A stretch of DNA of 64,000 bases from an uncultured Gammaproteobacteria bacterium (GCA_964633995.1 CAZWKN010000004.1:1260-65259), one strand, 5' to 3'; positions 36,029-46,637 are shown, counted from the stretch's first letter. The notes: generated by a model not told the origin, from the sequence alone. Numbers and translations are program-made.

Positions 36029-38095
36029 TTATGGAGTGGTTGTAGGGGCTGGAGTGGTGGATGGGGCCGGGGTGGTGGAAGTTTGAGGGCCGAGCTCTGT
36101 TGGGAGTTTAAGAGGAGGATTTACTTTTGGACTGGTTTGAACTTTGGGTGATTCCAATTGGGTTTTCGCAGGAGCTGCTGCAGGAGTTACTTCCTCTTGG
36201 CCAATTTTGGTTGCCAGCTCTTCCAGCTCCCCCTGAGCTTTGGTGTAGTCAGCGCTGGTTTTGTCGACCAGACTAACAACTTTTTGCATGGCTAAGTAGG
36301 CATTTTTATAGTCAGATTTTTCTTTAAAAGACGCTGCGAGGTTGTAGTAGCCATTGGCATAGTCTGGTTTTAGGTCGATTGATTGTTGGAAGAGTCTGGT
36401 GGCCTCGTCAAAGCTTTTTTGGGAGAAGAGGACTCCACCTAATGCAACTCTTAAGGCTGGATTAATGGGGTCCAGGGCGATTGCCTGGCGGTAGGAGGCC
36501 ACGGTCCACTCGTCTGCACCTTGAGCGATATTGATGAGGTTTCTATAGACATTAGCTAAGTTTTCGACGTTGGTTACTTTTTGAGGATTTAGGGCTACGG
36601 CATTTTTGGCTTCGCGGATCGATTGTTGGACGAGTTGGGAGATGGTGTTTCGTTCGTCGTTGGTTAAGTCTTTTTTGGCAGCGAGAGTGTTGGCCAAAAG
36701 AAGGTTGGTTTGAGAATAGGCAATACGATATGTGTCGCGATTGGGATTAATGCGCATGGCAGAGAGAAGAGTGTCGTACGTTTTCTTGCCGTCGTTGTTG
36801 GCAGCAAAAACCAACGCTTGCTGAAACACATATTCTCCGGTGTAGGCAGAAGCTGTGTAGTAGAGACTGGGTAAGGCAAGAGCTACTGCCATTACAAAAG
36901 CAATCCATGGCAATATGGGGGATTTGTTTCCGGAATCGGTGGCCGCCACGATATCAATATTGGCTTCGTGGATAAGCGATGAACCTAACAATTTGAAAGC
37001 AGATACTGCCAAAACAAGCAACGTAAAGGTGATGGTTAGTGTAGAAAGATTTGTTGGCAAGAAAAGTTGGCTTATGAAAAATAGCGAAGCAGTGGCTGTG
37101 GTTGATAAAGCAATGGCGTGAAGTGGTGATTCAGAGCTGGTTTTAAACGCCTTAAGGAGCAAATTTAATGCTTTGACGGCCAAAATTACGTAAGCTGCCG
37201 TCCCCAAGACTCCTACTGTGGCCAAGAGTTGGAGGTAGTAATTTGAGGCACTAGTAAATCTGACTGCCCAATTAGGAGACATGTTGTAAGCCAAAGGACG
37301 GAATTGGCTGAAATCAGTCATGAATGTGGACGGGCCAGTTCCCAAGATGGGTGATTGTTTTAGTACTTCAAGAGCAATGGCCCAGCTGGTGGCCTGGGAC
37401 AGGAAAATTGGTTTGTTTACGGAGTCTGTTTTAAAGATACGGTAACCAGTAAGGCCTGCCCCAATTACGCTGGCAAACAGGGCAATGGAAAGAAGTAGTG
37501 TTTTGAGTGAGTTGGATTTTTCTTTGACGATAAGGATAATTAAAAAGACTGAAAATCCGGCAAGTAAAACAAGAGTTGTCAGGGGATTTCCTGTTGGAGT
37601 CCAGATTTGCGATTTAAGAAAAGCGGGTAGTGGTATGAGCTGTATTACCCCAGATCCCCAAAGGACTGCAGTAATAGCCAAAAGCGAAAGTGAAACGATA
37701 AAAGTGTTAATGAGACCTTCGATGTGTTTTCGAGTACGAATGAGGTTGATTGCTGAAAAAAAGAAGAAGGAAATTGCCAATATTGTTCCGGTCTGACCGG
37801 GTTCAAAAAAAGCGTCTATGCGGTTGGGGGATTTTATAAATGTAGAAAGAGCCCAGGTAAGAGCCAGGCCAAGTATTGGAAGTCCAAAAGGACTACGTGT
37901 AAGGCGGACTTGTTTGTCGACAACAAACGATCCGGTTAATGAAAGAGTTGCGATTATGGTGGCGATAAACAGAAGAGCTTGTTTGTTGTATTCATAGAAC
38001 TCTGAAGTAATGGGTAGGAAGAATACTGGAAGTAGTAAGACTGTCGCGACAATGCTAAAGAAGCCAAGTTTTTGTAGAGCTGTAGAAAGTTTCAT
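36029..38095 (-). CDS. O-antigen-ligase-like (Wzy_C) polytopic membrane protein with C-terminal TPR repeats and Pro/Thr tail
   Basis: About 10 TM helices with a large loop, then TPR-like repeats (YYNLAASFKEKSDYKNA). Confidence 0.65.
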   Translation of the reverse strand: MKLSTALQKLGFFSIVATVLLLPVFFLPITSEFYEYNKQALLFIATIIATLSLTGSFVVDKQVRLTRSPFGLPILGLALTWALSTFIKSPNRIDAFFEPGQTGTILAISFFFFSAINLIRTRKHIEGLINTFIVSLSLLAITAVLWGSGVIQLIPLPAFLKSQIWTPTGNPLTTLVLLAGFSVFLIILIVKEKSNSLKTLLLSIALFASVIGAGLTGYRIFKTDSVNKPIFLSQATSWAIALEVLKQSPILGTGPSTFMTDFSQFRPLAYNMSPNWAVRFTSASNYYLQLLATVGVLGTAAYVILAVKALNLLLKAFKTSSESPLHAIALSTTATASLFFISQLFLPTNLSTLTITFTLLVLAVSAFKLLGSSLIHEANIDIVAATDSGNKSPILPWIAFVMAVALALPSLYYTASAYTGEYVFQQALVFAANNDGKKTYDTLLSAMRINPNRDTYRIAYSQTNLLLANTLAAKKDLTNDERNTISQLVQQSIREAKNAVALNPQKVTNVENLANVYRNLINIAQGADEWTVASYRQAIALDPINPALRVALGGVLFSQKSFDEATRLFQQSIDLKPDYANGYYNLAASFKEKSDYKNAYLAMQKVVSLVDKTSADYTKAQGELEELATKIGQEEVTPAAAPAKTQLESPKVQTSPKVNPPLKLPTELGPQTSTTPAPSTTPAPTTTP

Positions 38096-38191
38096 TGATT
38101 ATATTAAATAGTCATTTGGTTCACTGGTCAATGGGGAGTTTGGAATGGGTCTGACCTATTGCGGAAGAGGTCTGACCTGTGTCATGATGTA

Positions 38192-38872
38192 ATTATGCCG
38201 GCCAAGTTTAGGGTGAAGTCTAATAATGAGCACACGCTATACCATATATATAATAGGGGCGTGGATGGGAGGGATGTATTTGTTGATGAGAACGATTACA
38301 CCGAATTTTTGGACACATTAAAAAAATATGTGACTAAGGTGGAAATAAAAACCGTTCCGGGTTTTAAGACATTGAAACCGTCAATGGCAGAATACATGCA
38401 GAAGATGAATTTGTCGGATCAGCTGGACATGGTAGCATATTGTATGATGTCCAATCATATTCATCTGGTGATTTATCAGAAACAATTGGACGCTATTGCC
38501 AAGCTGATGAGGAGAGTGATGACTGGGTATGGGATGTATTTTAATAAGAAATACAAGCGAAGAGGACCTTTGTGGGAGGGGGTATATAGGGCTGTGGAAA
38601 TATCGTCAGGGGAACAGCTTGTTTGTCTTACTAAATATATTCACTTAAACCCGGTAACTCGGACGGTAAGAAGGTTTGGCCCGGTCGAAACGATAACCGG
38701 TTCGTCGCCTGAGAGTTATACGTATTCAAGTTTTGGTACATATATAGGTCTAAATAATGATAAATGGGTAAATATTAAATTCGTAAATATGAATTCCGAT
38801 GAATATAAAAGATATGTGTCTGAGCACGACAATGCCTTGGAAGAGAAGCTCAAAGAGGTGAAGATCGATTAA
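38192..38872 (+). CDS. IS200-like HUH (Y1) transposase-family protein, paralog A
   Basis: YHIYNRG N-motif, HUH motif SNHIHLV, catalytic-Tyr region GVYRAVEI, and IHLNP. Paralog of the gene at 55993-56685. Confidence 0.65.
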   Translation: MMPAKFRVKSNNEHTLYHIYNRGVDGRDVFVDENDYTEFLDTLKKYVTKVEIKTVPGFKTLKPSMAEYMQKMNLSDQLDMVAYCMMSNHIHLVIYQKQLDAIAKLMRRVMTGYGMYFNKKYKRRGPLWEGVYRAVEISSGEQLVCLTKYIHLNPVTRTVRRFGPVETITGSSPESYTYSSFGTYIGLNNDKWVNIKFVNMNSDEYKRYVSEHDNALEEKLKEVKID

Positions 38873-38972
38873 TGGATAAGAGGAGTGTTCAAACTTTCGA
38901 CCCGCTGTAGTCTGTTTAAAAGGCCGTAAGGCAGGAGGGATATGGTTGCGTGATGTCGTATAATACAGATTA

Positions 38973-39887
38973 ATGGTCGATGGGAGATATAGTTTCGACA
39001 CATATCATACTCAGTGGGGTATGGTGGATGGAGGAATACGCCAACTGTGGGCACTGCCATTTGCGGTTCAGGAGATTGTGCTAAGGCAGGCGATGGAGCG
39101 ATTTGACCACTGCAGTCCAATATCACTTGCCATGCTGGGATTTAGTGATAGTAGAGCAACCGATTTGGTAAGAAAGAGAAATGAGTGGCATGGTTCAAGA
39201 TTGGGAAGTCAAGATATATTGGCGGCGGTGATGCTGGGATCGCTAGATTTATACCCAATTGAGGCGTTGAAAAATTTAGGCGGCGATTGTTTGGATTGTG
39301 GGGTTTGGGATAATGTCATGGGTTCGGGTTACTATTATAAACAGCATAGATCTGACGGTCAGGCGTCAATTAATCCGGGGAGTGTGGATGGCGCAAAGAG
39401 AATGTGGGGTGAGGCCATCCGAATACCTAGAGTTTCAGAAGTAAAAATGGGGAATCCTAAATTAGACACTGAGGAAATGCGCGATGGGGACGGATACATA
39501 GACATTCGCCCTGGAGTAGCCTATCTGTTTGGAATATGGCCTGCGATAAAGATGACCGATTTGAACGCAGGCTTGCAGACAAGGTCAAACTTTGGAAGAT
39601 ATGGTTTAAATGCGGCCGTAAATTCAGTAACCTGCCATAGGGGATTTAATGGTGTCGTTACCGCGGAAGCGATAATGATTGGAAGCGTGATGCCTGAACC
39701 TTTATGTACTGGGTGGTTGCCCTTTCAAATGTTTTTTGATTATGTTAATCCTGAGTTAAAACAACCGGGTGAAGGATCGCAGTCTACTTTTGGAGAAAGC
39801 GGAAGCACTTCGTTAGAGGAGTCTGCAAGAAAATTTCAATCCGATCCAACCAGGATGTTGCCAAAGCAAGTAAGAAGACAAAGATAA
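38973..39887 (+). CDS. hypothetical protein (304 aa)
   Basis: Intact ORF with no recognisable motifs. Confidence 0.45.
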   Translation: MVDGRYSFDTYHTQWGMVDGGIRQLWALPFAVQEIVLRQAMERFDHCSPISLAMLGFSDSRATDLVRKRNEWHGSRLGSQDILAAVMLGSLDLYPIEALKNLGGDCLDCGVWDNVMGSGYYYKQHRSDGQASINPGSVDGAKRMWGEAIRIPRVSEVKMGNPKLDTEEMRDGDGYIDIRPGVAYLFGIWPAIKMTDLNAGLQTRSNFGRYGLNAAVNSVTCHRGFNGVVTAEAIMIGSVMPEPLCTGWLPFQMFFDYVNPELKQPGEGSQSTFGESGSTSLEESARKFQSDPTRMLPKQVRRQR

Positions 39888-40479
39888 CGCGCCGGTAGAG
39901 GATATTGCCGGTATGCGCCGGTATACATTTATGCAAACAGAATAATCAAATTAAACTATGTCTTGTTGCATAAATTTTACAGTTGATGCTTATATTCACG
40001 AATTGGCATGGGGTGGGGATAAATGACGGGGTGATCAGTATTGGGAGACTGTATCGTCGTAGCAATGATATGTTTTAAGAGCCAAAATAATCAGGCGGAA
40101 TTGTTGTCACACTGAAGGTTAAATTACCGCGCCACGGTTATGAAAATAAAGGTGAAAAATGATTTAGGTTATTAATTAATTACCGCAATTAGCTTAACAC
40201 AGCCTTAATAGTGTTGTGCGGAAAATATTTATGCCTTTGTCCTTGGTTTTGTTGATTAGTAGTTTTCCGCATAAACTTTTTTCACTGATTTTCAATTCTT
40301 TCTTTTTTAGTATTTACTTATTAGCGTTATAGGATAAGTGAAAGAGCTAGTTATCAGTCTATTTGCTTTATTGATAAGTTTTTTTATAACTTTTATTTCC
40401 TTTAATTCCATGCTAATTCTTAGGCTTGTGAATTTAGTTGAGTATTTACGACAGTCGTTTTGACTCATATAATAGGGTA

Positions 40480-42765
40480 ATGGAATATGGTAAGTTTGAT
40501 CACAAATTACTAGCTAGGAAGTGGTTTGATGCATGGACTGAGTCTGGTATTTATCAGGCTGTTGATGAGAGTAGTAAGAAAAAGTTTTATTTATTGATTG
40601 AGTTTCCGTATCCATCAGGAGCGGGTTTGCACGTGGGGCATGTCAGGTCTTGGGGGGCGATGGATGTGTTTGCCAGATATAAGAGAATGAAGGGATTTAA
40701 CGTTTTGTATCCAATTGGTTGGGATGCGTTTGGATTGCCAGCCGAGAACTTCGCGCTAAAAATGGGTGTTCACCCGTCAAAAATTGTGCCTGAGAACATT
40801 TCCACTTTTAAACGTCAGTGTCAGAATTTGGGCTTATCTTTTGATTGGAGTAGAGAGATAGATACAACTGATTCAAAATATTACAAATGGACTCAATGGA
40901 TATTTGTCCAACTATACAAAAAGGGCTTGGCAAGTAAAATTGAGACTCAGGTAAACTGGTGCCCGTTTTGTAAGACCACTTTAGCAAACGAGGAAGTAAA
41001 TACTGACGGGAGTCATGAGAGGTGTGGTAAACAAACTGAGAAAAAGGTGCAGGATCAGTGGGTGGTTAAGATAACAAAATACGCTGAGCGGCTGATAGAG
41101 GATTTGAAGCTGGTAGATTATTCTCCAAGTATTGCCACGCAGCAGGTTAATTGGATTGGGAAAAAGGTTGGTAGAAGGATAAATTTTGGTGAAATAGGTG
41201 TGTTTACTACAAAACCAGAAACTATTTTAGGGGCCACTTTTGTGGCTATTGCGCCAGAACATGAGGTGGCGAAGCGAATTTCCAAAGAAAATAAACGGGT
41301 GAGCGAATATGTGGAAAGTGTAAAAAATAAGGATGACCAGGAGAGAACGAAGGGGGCTGGTAAGACGGGCGTGGATACTGGAATGACCGTAAAAAACCCA
41401 GTGACTAACGAGGAATTGCCGGTATGGGTTTCTGATTATGTTATGGCCGATTCGGGAATGGGGGCAATTATGGGGGTGCCGGCTGGCGATGAACGCGATT
41501 TAGAGTTTGCTAATAAATTTGGTCTGAGGGTGAAGGAGTATGAGAACTATTCGCAAGTCATAGGAGAAGAAATGGTGACCTACCATCTGAGGGATTGGAT
41601 ATTTTCTAGGCAACACTATTGGGGGGAGCCGATTCCAATGATCGATTGTCCGAAGTGTGGTTGGGTTGTGGTCCCGGATGATCAATTGCCAGTGAAATTG
41701 CCGTATGTAGAGAGATACGAGCCTTCGGGGACAGGGGAATCACCATTGGCAAATATAAAAGAATGGGTGAATACAACATGCCCCGACTGTGGAGGGGCGG
41801 CTAGAAGAGAAACGGACACAATGCCTAATTGGGCTGGGTCTAACTGGTATTTTTTAAGATATCTTGATAGGGATAATGATTCAGAAATAGTCAGTAAGCA
41901 AAAGATGAAATATTGGTTGCCGGTAGATTTATACCAGGGAGGATTTGAACATACGACTTTGCATTTATTGTATTCCCGGTTTATATACAAATTTTTGTTT
42001 GATCTGGGGGTGGTCCCTACTTTGGAGCCATACGCCAAGAGGCGGTCACATGGAATAGTGCTTGGGCCTGATGGCAGAAAGATGAGCAAGTCGTTTGGGA
42101 ATGTGATAAACCCTGACGAAATAGTAGAAAAATACGGGGCGGATACGCTCCGGATGTATGAGATGTTTATTGGGCCGTTTGACCAGATGGTGGCTTGGAG
42201 TTGGGAGGGGGTAGAGGGGGTATCCAGATTTTTAAATAGAGTTTGGAAGCTGGTAAATGATAACTTGAGCGTAGAAAATACAAGTTCACGTGAAGCAAAA
42301 ATTAAGATGGGCGGCTTGGTTAGAAAGGTTGAGAGTGACATTGAGAACATGAAGTTTAATACTGCGGTTGCCGCCTTGATGGAATGGACTAATTGGTGGA
42401 TGGACCATCAAACTGAGGTCGGAAAGGACGTGGTGAGTATTTTCGTCCTTGTTATAGCTCCAATGGCACCCTTTTTAGCAGAAGAGGCTTATCAGCGCTT
42501 GGAAGGATTTCCTGCCAAGTTTGAATCTATTCATCTGCAAAAGTGGCCGGTGATGGTGGACGAGGATGTGGCGGATAAGAAGAAGTTGGTGATAATACAA
42601 ATAAATGGCAAAATGAGGGACAAAGTCGAGTGTGAGAGCGCCAAGGCGATGGATCAGGAGTATGTTGAATCGGTGGCGAGTGAACTGGTTAAAAAATACG
42701 TAGAGGGGAGAAAATACAGGGTTGTATTTGTTCCCGGGAAAGTTTTAAACTTTGTTTTGGAATGA
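40480..42765 (+). CDS. leuS: leucine-tRNA ligase
   Basis: HVGHVRSW (HIGH), KMSKS, and the CP1 editing domain. Start chosen at MEYGKFDHKLLARKW to align with LeuS N-termini (the annotated 40438 alternative is possible). Confidence 0.95.
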   Translation: MEYGKFDHKLLARKWFDAWTESGIYQAVDESSKKKFYLLIEFPYPSGAGLHVGHVRSWGAMDVFARYKRMKGFNVLYPIGWDAFGLPAENFALKMGVHPSKIVPENISTFKRQCQNLGLSFDWSREIDTTDSKYYKWTQWIFVQLYKKGLASKIETQVNWCPFCKTTLANEEVNTDGSHERCGKQTEKKVQDQWVVKITKYAERLIEDLKLVDYSPSIATQQVNWIGKKVGRRINFGEIGVFTTKPETILGATFVAIAPEHEVAKRISKENKRVSEYVESVKNKDDQERTKGAGKTGVDTGMTVKNPVTNEELPVWVSDYVMADSGMGAIMGVPAGDERDLEFANKFGLRVKEYENYSQVIGEEMVTYHLRDWIFSRQHYWGEPIPMIDCPKCGWVVVPDDQLPVKLPYVERYEPSGTGESPLANIKEWVNTTCPDCGGAARRETDTMPNWAGSNWYFLRYLDRDNDSEIVSKQKMKYWLPVDLYQGGFEHTTLHLLYSRFIYKFLFDLGVVPTLEPYAKRRSHGIVLGPDGRKMSKSFGNVINPDEIVEKYGADTLRMYEMFIGPFDQMVAWSWEGVEGVSRFLNRVWKLVNDNLSVENTSSREAKIKMGGLVRKVESDIENMKFNTAVAALMEWTNWWMDHQTEVGKDVVSIFVLVIAPMAPFLAEEAYQRLEGFPAKFESIHLQKWPVMVDEDVADKKKLVIIQINGKMRDKVECESAKAMDQEYVESVASELVKKYVEGRKYRVVFVPGKVLNFVLE

Positions 42766-43325
42766 GCTTGGATGGTATTTGGACATGGATATTAGAACGT
42801 CGGGTGGGGGTGGGTGTTGTCATGGTGGGACTGATTTTGTTGGGATGGGGAGTGTTTTTGTGGCGAACTGATAACGGCAGCGACAAAATTGAGGTGCTGA
42901 CGGAAAAAGAGACAGTCGGGACGCAGGTTGTGGTGGACGTTGCTGGGGCAGTAAAAAGCCCGGGGGTGTACCATATAGCAGTTGGGGGTAGGATTGGGGA
43001 AGTGATTGATTTGGCTGGCGGTTTTAGTGATGATGCAGATGGTGTGTGGGTCGAGAGGTTTTTAAACAGGTCGGCAAAGGTGGTAGATGGTCAGAAGATA
43101 TATGTGCCAAGACAAAATGAACAAGGTACAGTGCTCAGTGCTCAGGGGTACGTTAGTTTAAATAAGGGGAGTCAGGGCGAGCTTGAGGGGTTGCCTGGAA
43201 TTGGGCCAGTGACGGCGGAAAAGATAATCGCCGGTAGGCCGTATCAGAGATTAGAAGAACTGGTAGAAAAGAAAATTGTTGGGGTGAAGGTGTGGGAGCA
43301 GATTAAGGATAAAGTCGGGCTATGA
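42762..43325 (+). CDS. comEA: ComEA-family DNA-binding competence protein (SLBB + helix-hairpin-helix)
   Basis: N-terminal TM. C-terminal GLPGIGPVTAEKIIAGRPY HhH motif. Confidence 0.8.
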   Translation: MSLDGIWTWILERRVGVGVVMVGLILLGWGVFLWRTDNGSDKIEVLTEKETVGTQVVVDVAGAVKSPGVYHIAVGGRIGEVIDLAGGFSDDADGVWVERFLNRSAKVVDGQKIYVPRQNEQGTVLSAQGYVSLNKGSQGELEGLPGIGPVTAEKIIAGRPYQRLEELVEKKIVGVKVWEQIKDKVGL

Positions 43326-44509
43326 AATTGGGTTTTTTAATAATTTTAGCTTTGATTGCGGGAATTAGGGTAAGCTTGTGGATGGGTCGTACGCCAGGTT
43401 ATAGAGATGGTGATACCCTAAAAATAACTGCGGAGATTAGACAGTTTCCCAAACAGGTTAGCGGTGGATGGGCGGTAAATGTATATGGGTTGGAGGTAGT
43501 AGTGCCTTCGGAAGTAGGTGTTGGCTATGGGGACAAGTTGGTGGTAATTGGCAAAGTTGCAGACAAAGTGACAAGTAGTGGACAGCATAAAAAAATACTG
43601 ATAGTTGGTGATTTTAATGTAACCAGGGGGAAGGGAGTTGTGGAGGGTCTAGCTAGTTGGAGGGGCTGGGCAATGGATCGAATTGAGGAGTGGTTGCCAG
43701 GTGATTTTGGGGGATTGGCTAGTGGAATTTTTTTGGGGGGAAGTGGGGGTTTAAGTTATGACACGGTTGTAAGCTTTAGAAGAACTGGTTTGTCGCACAT
43801 TGTGGCGGCTTCGGGATTTAATGTAACAATGGTAGCGAGTTGGGTATTGGCGGCGGGAGCGGTAGTGGTTGGTAAGCGTAGAGCGATATATTTTGCTATT
43901 GTTTGTATATGTTTGTATGTTTTTGTTGCGGGCCTTTCGGCGGCTGTAATTAGGGCGGGAATTATGGCGGTTTTAATTCTAATGGGGCTTTTGGCCGGAA
44001 GACGAGTTGATAGTAGATGGAATTTGGTGTGTGTGGGACTTGCAATGATTGTTGTCAATCCTGGTTTTATCGTAGACGTTGGGTGGCAGCTGTCATTAGC
44101 TTCAATGGTGGGACTGGTGTGGGTGGTTCCTGCTTTGGGGGACAATCTCTGGGGAGCGGAAGTTAAGGCTACTTTGGCAGCTCAGTTAACCACATTGCCA
44201 TTGATATGGCACTATTTTGGTCAGGTAAGTGTTGTCGCACCTTTGGCTAATGTGTTACTGGCTTGGGTAGTGCCAGCAATAATGCAGATAGTTGGTTTAG
44301 CAATTCTTGCCGGCGTTTTCTTACCGGCGGTGGGTCAACTGGTGGCGTATTTGGCGTGGCCATTGTTGTGGTGGATGCTTACCGGCGTTCAGTTGATATC
44401 GAAATTTGATTGGGTGGTGGTGAATACGAATAGGTTGGGGTGGGGTTGGGTGGTAGTTTATTATGGTGTTTTAGTAGCATTAGTGATGCGCTATGAAAAA
44501 TCTGTTTAA
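43322..44509 (+). CDS. comEC: ComEC/Rec2 competence channel, membrane (DUF4131 + Competence) portion
   Basis: Polytopic membrane protein. The conserved competence-domain Asp is not confirmed, but the arrangement ComEA then ComEC then MBL is canonical. Confidence 0.7.
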   Translation: MKLGFLIILALIAGIRVSLWMGRTPGYRDGDTLKITAEIRQFPKQVSGGWAVNVYGLEVVVPSEVGVGYGDKLVVIGKVADKVTSSGQHKKILIVGDFNVTRGKGVVEGLASWRGWAMDRIEEWLPGDFGGLASGIFLGGSGGLSYDTVVSFRRTGLSHIVAASGFNVTMVASWVLAAGAVVVGKRRAIYFAIVCICLYVFVAGLSAAVIRAGIMAVLILMGLLAGRRVDSRWNLVCVGLAMIVVNPGFIVDVGWQLSLASMVGLVWVVPALGDNLWGAEVKATLAAQLTTLPLIWHYFGQVSVVAPLANVLLAWVVPAIMQIVGLAILAGVFLPAVGQLVAYLAWPLLWWMLTGVQLISKFDWVVVNTNRLGWGWVVVYYGVLVALVMRYEKSV

Positions 44510-45359
44510 GATATTGGGTTTGGCGGTGGTGACGATATGGGGGGCGGTTTTGGTAATTCCAGACGGAAAAGTGCATGTGGTAATGTGCGATGTGGGGCAA
44601 GGAGACGCGCTGATTGTCTTTAGGGGGACAACCCAAGTGGTAATTGACGGAGGTCCAAATGACAGTGTATTGCAATGTTTAGCCAGATATTTGCCGATTT
44701 ATGACAAAAGAATCGAAGTAGTGGTGTCTACACACCCTCAGGCGGACCACATGAACGGGTTGATAGAGGTGGCAAAAAGATATAATGTGATGTTGTTTGT
44801 AATGGGTCCTGAAAATAATACATCGTTGGGGTATAAACAGTTATGGAATGTCATAAAACAAAAAAATATTCCGGTAAAACATGTGTATTCAGGTGATCAA
44901 ATTAATTTGGGTGGGATGGAGTTTTATTCAGTATGGCCAAGCAGGGAATATGCTGATGCACACGTGGATTCCGATAAAGTGTTGGGGCTTAATTCGGATG
45001 GGACAGATCTAAACCGATTTGGGATAGTACTTAAACTCAAATTCGGTCAGTTTAAGGCGTTATTTTCGGCAGACGCCGATTCGGGTGTAGATTTGGCGGA
45101 GATTATGACAGGATTATTAGAGTCTGTTGATGTGTTAAAAGTGCCGCACCATGGCAGTAGGACTGGAATGACTGATGAATGGCTTGAGATGGTAAGACCC
45201 AAGTTGGCCCTGATTTCGGTGGGTAGAAAAAATAGCTATGGACATCCAAGTGGTGAAGTGATTAAGCGATTAAGCGATTTGGGGATTAAGACATTAAGAA
45301 CGGATTTGGAGGGAGATATTGAGGTGATTAGTGATGGAAAGGAGTGGTGGGTGAGGTAA
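44493..45359 (+). CDS. ComEC C-terminal metallo-beta-lactamase domain as a separate ORF
   Basis: HVVMCDVGQGDA and THPQADHMNGL (HxHxDH) motifs. Overlaps the end of the membrane ORF by 17 nt. Confidence 0.75.
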   Translation: MKNLFKILGLAVVTIWGAVLVIPDGKVHVVMCDVGQGDALIVFRGTTQVVIDGGPNDSVLQCLARYLPIYDKRIEVVVSTHPQADHMNGLIEVAKRYNVMLFVMGPENNTSLGYKQLWNVIKQKNIPVKHVYSGDQINLGGMEFYSVWPSREYADAHVDSDKVLGLNSDGTDLNRFGIVLKLKFGQFKALFSADADSGVDLAEIMTGLLESVDVLKVPHHGSRTGMTDEWLEMVRPKLALISVGRKNSYGHPSGEVIKRLSDLGIKTLRTDLEGDIEVISDGKEWWVR

Positions 45360-45368
45360 AATTGGAGC

Positions 45369-46526
45369 ATGCGGATTGGAATTGATGCCAGTAGGGGGTT
45401 TGTGAATGAGCCGACCGGGACGGAACGATATAGCTACGAATTGATAACCCGAATTTTGGCCTTGCCGGAAGCCAGGGAGCATGAATGGATACTCTATGCG
45501 CGAAATTTATCAGTTAACAGTTTTCAATTGGCATTTAAAAACTGTCAAATGCCAAATGTTAAATTGGTAAATATTAGTTTACCGAGGCTGTGGACCCAAG
45601 TTGGATTGGCATATCGGACGTGGGTGGATAGGTTGGATGTACTTTGGGTGCCAGCTCACACCCTTCCCCTACTTCGCCAGCCTAGCTGGCTTCGAAAGGG
45701 CAGGCTACTAAAAACAGTGGTCACAATACATGGAATTGAGTATGAGTGGTTGCCTGCATATGAGAATAGGCTTCAAAGATGGTATTTACCACTCAGTACT
45801 CAGTATGCAGTACGCAGTGCTCAAAAAATAATAGCGGTGAGTGAGTTTACAAAGAAACAGTTGGTGGAGAGGTTGGGGGCAGATGCTGGAAAAATAGAAG
45901 TAGTTTACGAGGGAGCGGGATCAAATCCTAAACCCGAAACTCTAAACACCAAACTAATTCTTAGTAAATACAACTTGCAGGAGAAAAAGTATCTGTTGTT
46001 TGTGGGAACAGTGCAACCGAGAAAAAATTTAGAGAGATTTATAGTGGCTTATGCAGGACTCAGGGCACCCATTCGACAGGCTCAGGGCAAGCAGGACTCA
46101 GGACTCAAATTGGTGATTGCGGGGAAGTTGGGGTGGAATTATGAGAGGGTAGTGGAATTGGCAAAGAAACATGGTGTGATAATTACTGGATATATAACGG
46201 AAGCAGAAAGATATATTCTGTTACAGAATGCAGTAGTCTATGTGCAACCAAGTATTACCGAAGGGTTTGGGTTGCCGGTTTTGGAAGCTATGAAGGTTGG
46301 GGTTCCTGTCGCTAGTTCGAATGGGGGTGCTTTGGCCGAAGTAGTGGGGGGCGCGGGTGTGTTGTTTGACCCATATAATGTATCTGATATGAGTCTTAAA
46401 TTGTCATTGGTCATTCATAGTCATTCGTTGCAAAAAGAATTAATCGAGAAGGGAAGAAAACGAGTGAAAGAGTTTGGGTGGGAAAAAGCGGCTAAAATGA
46501 CTTATAATATATTAACTGTCAATTGA
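45369..46526 (+). CDS. GT4-family glycosyltransferase
   Basis: C-terminal EGFGLPVLEAMKVGVPVASS and E-x7-E region. Confidence 0.8.
   Translation: MRIGIDASRGFVNEPTGTERYSYELITRILALPEAREHEWILYARNLSVNSFQLAFKNCQMPNVKLVNISLPRLWTQVGLAYRTWVDRLDVLWVPAHTLPLLRQPSWLRKGRLLKTVVTIHGIEYEWLPAYENRLQRWYLPLSTQYAVRSAQKIIAVSEFTKKQLVERLGADAGKIEVVYEGAGSNPKPETLNTKLILSKYNLQEKKYLLFVGTVQPRKNLERFIVAYAGLRAPIRQAQGKQDSGLKLVIAGKLGWNYERVVELAKKHGVIITGYITEAERYILLQNAVVYVQPSITEGFGLPVLEAMKVGVPVASSNGGALAEVVGGAGVLFDPYNVSDMSLKLSLVIHSHSLQKELIEKGRKRVKEFGWEKAAKMTYNILTVN
45791..45818. repeat. heptamer array (actcagt actcagt atgcagt acgcagt) inside the GT4 gene
   Basis: Four units encoding LSTQYAVRSAQ. Confidence 0.85.
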
Positions 46527-46609
46527 GTAAATTATTGTGGATAGACTGTGTACAACTACATCATTTGAAGCTAAAATATTGATTACTTATTGTGGACAAA
46601 GTACAGGAC

Positions 46610-46637
46610 TTATTGCTTATTACGTATTGCGTATATA
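46610..46637. repeat. heptamer array (ttattgc ttattac gtattgc gtatata), intergenic
   Basis: Four units in the GT4-to-TagA spacer, which also carries a roughly 20-bp direct repeat catttga(a/g)gctaaaat (46560/46672). Confidence 0.8.

Noticed and set aside
40100-40140. T-box riboswitch upstream of leuS
   Set aside because: Only the UACCGCG core matches. The flanking consensus (GGGTGG) and a correctly positioned terminator/antiterminator are absent, so it is left as an open possibility rather than a call.
17274-46637. Short tandem arrays as possible CRISPR
   Set aside because: Units are 7-8 nt with no spacers and 3-5 copies only. This is not CRISPR architecture.
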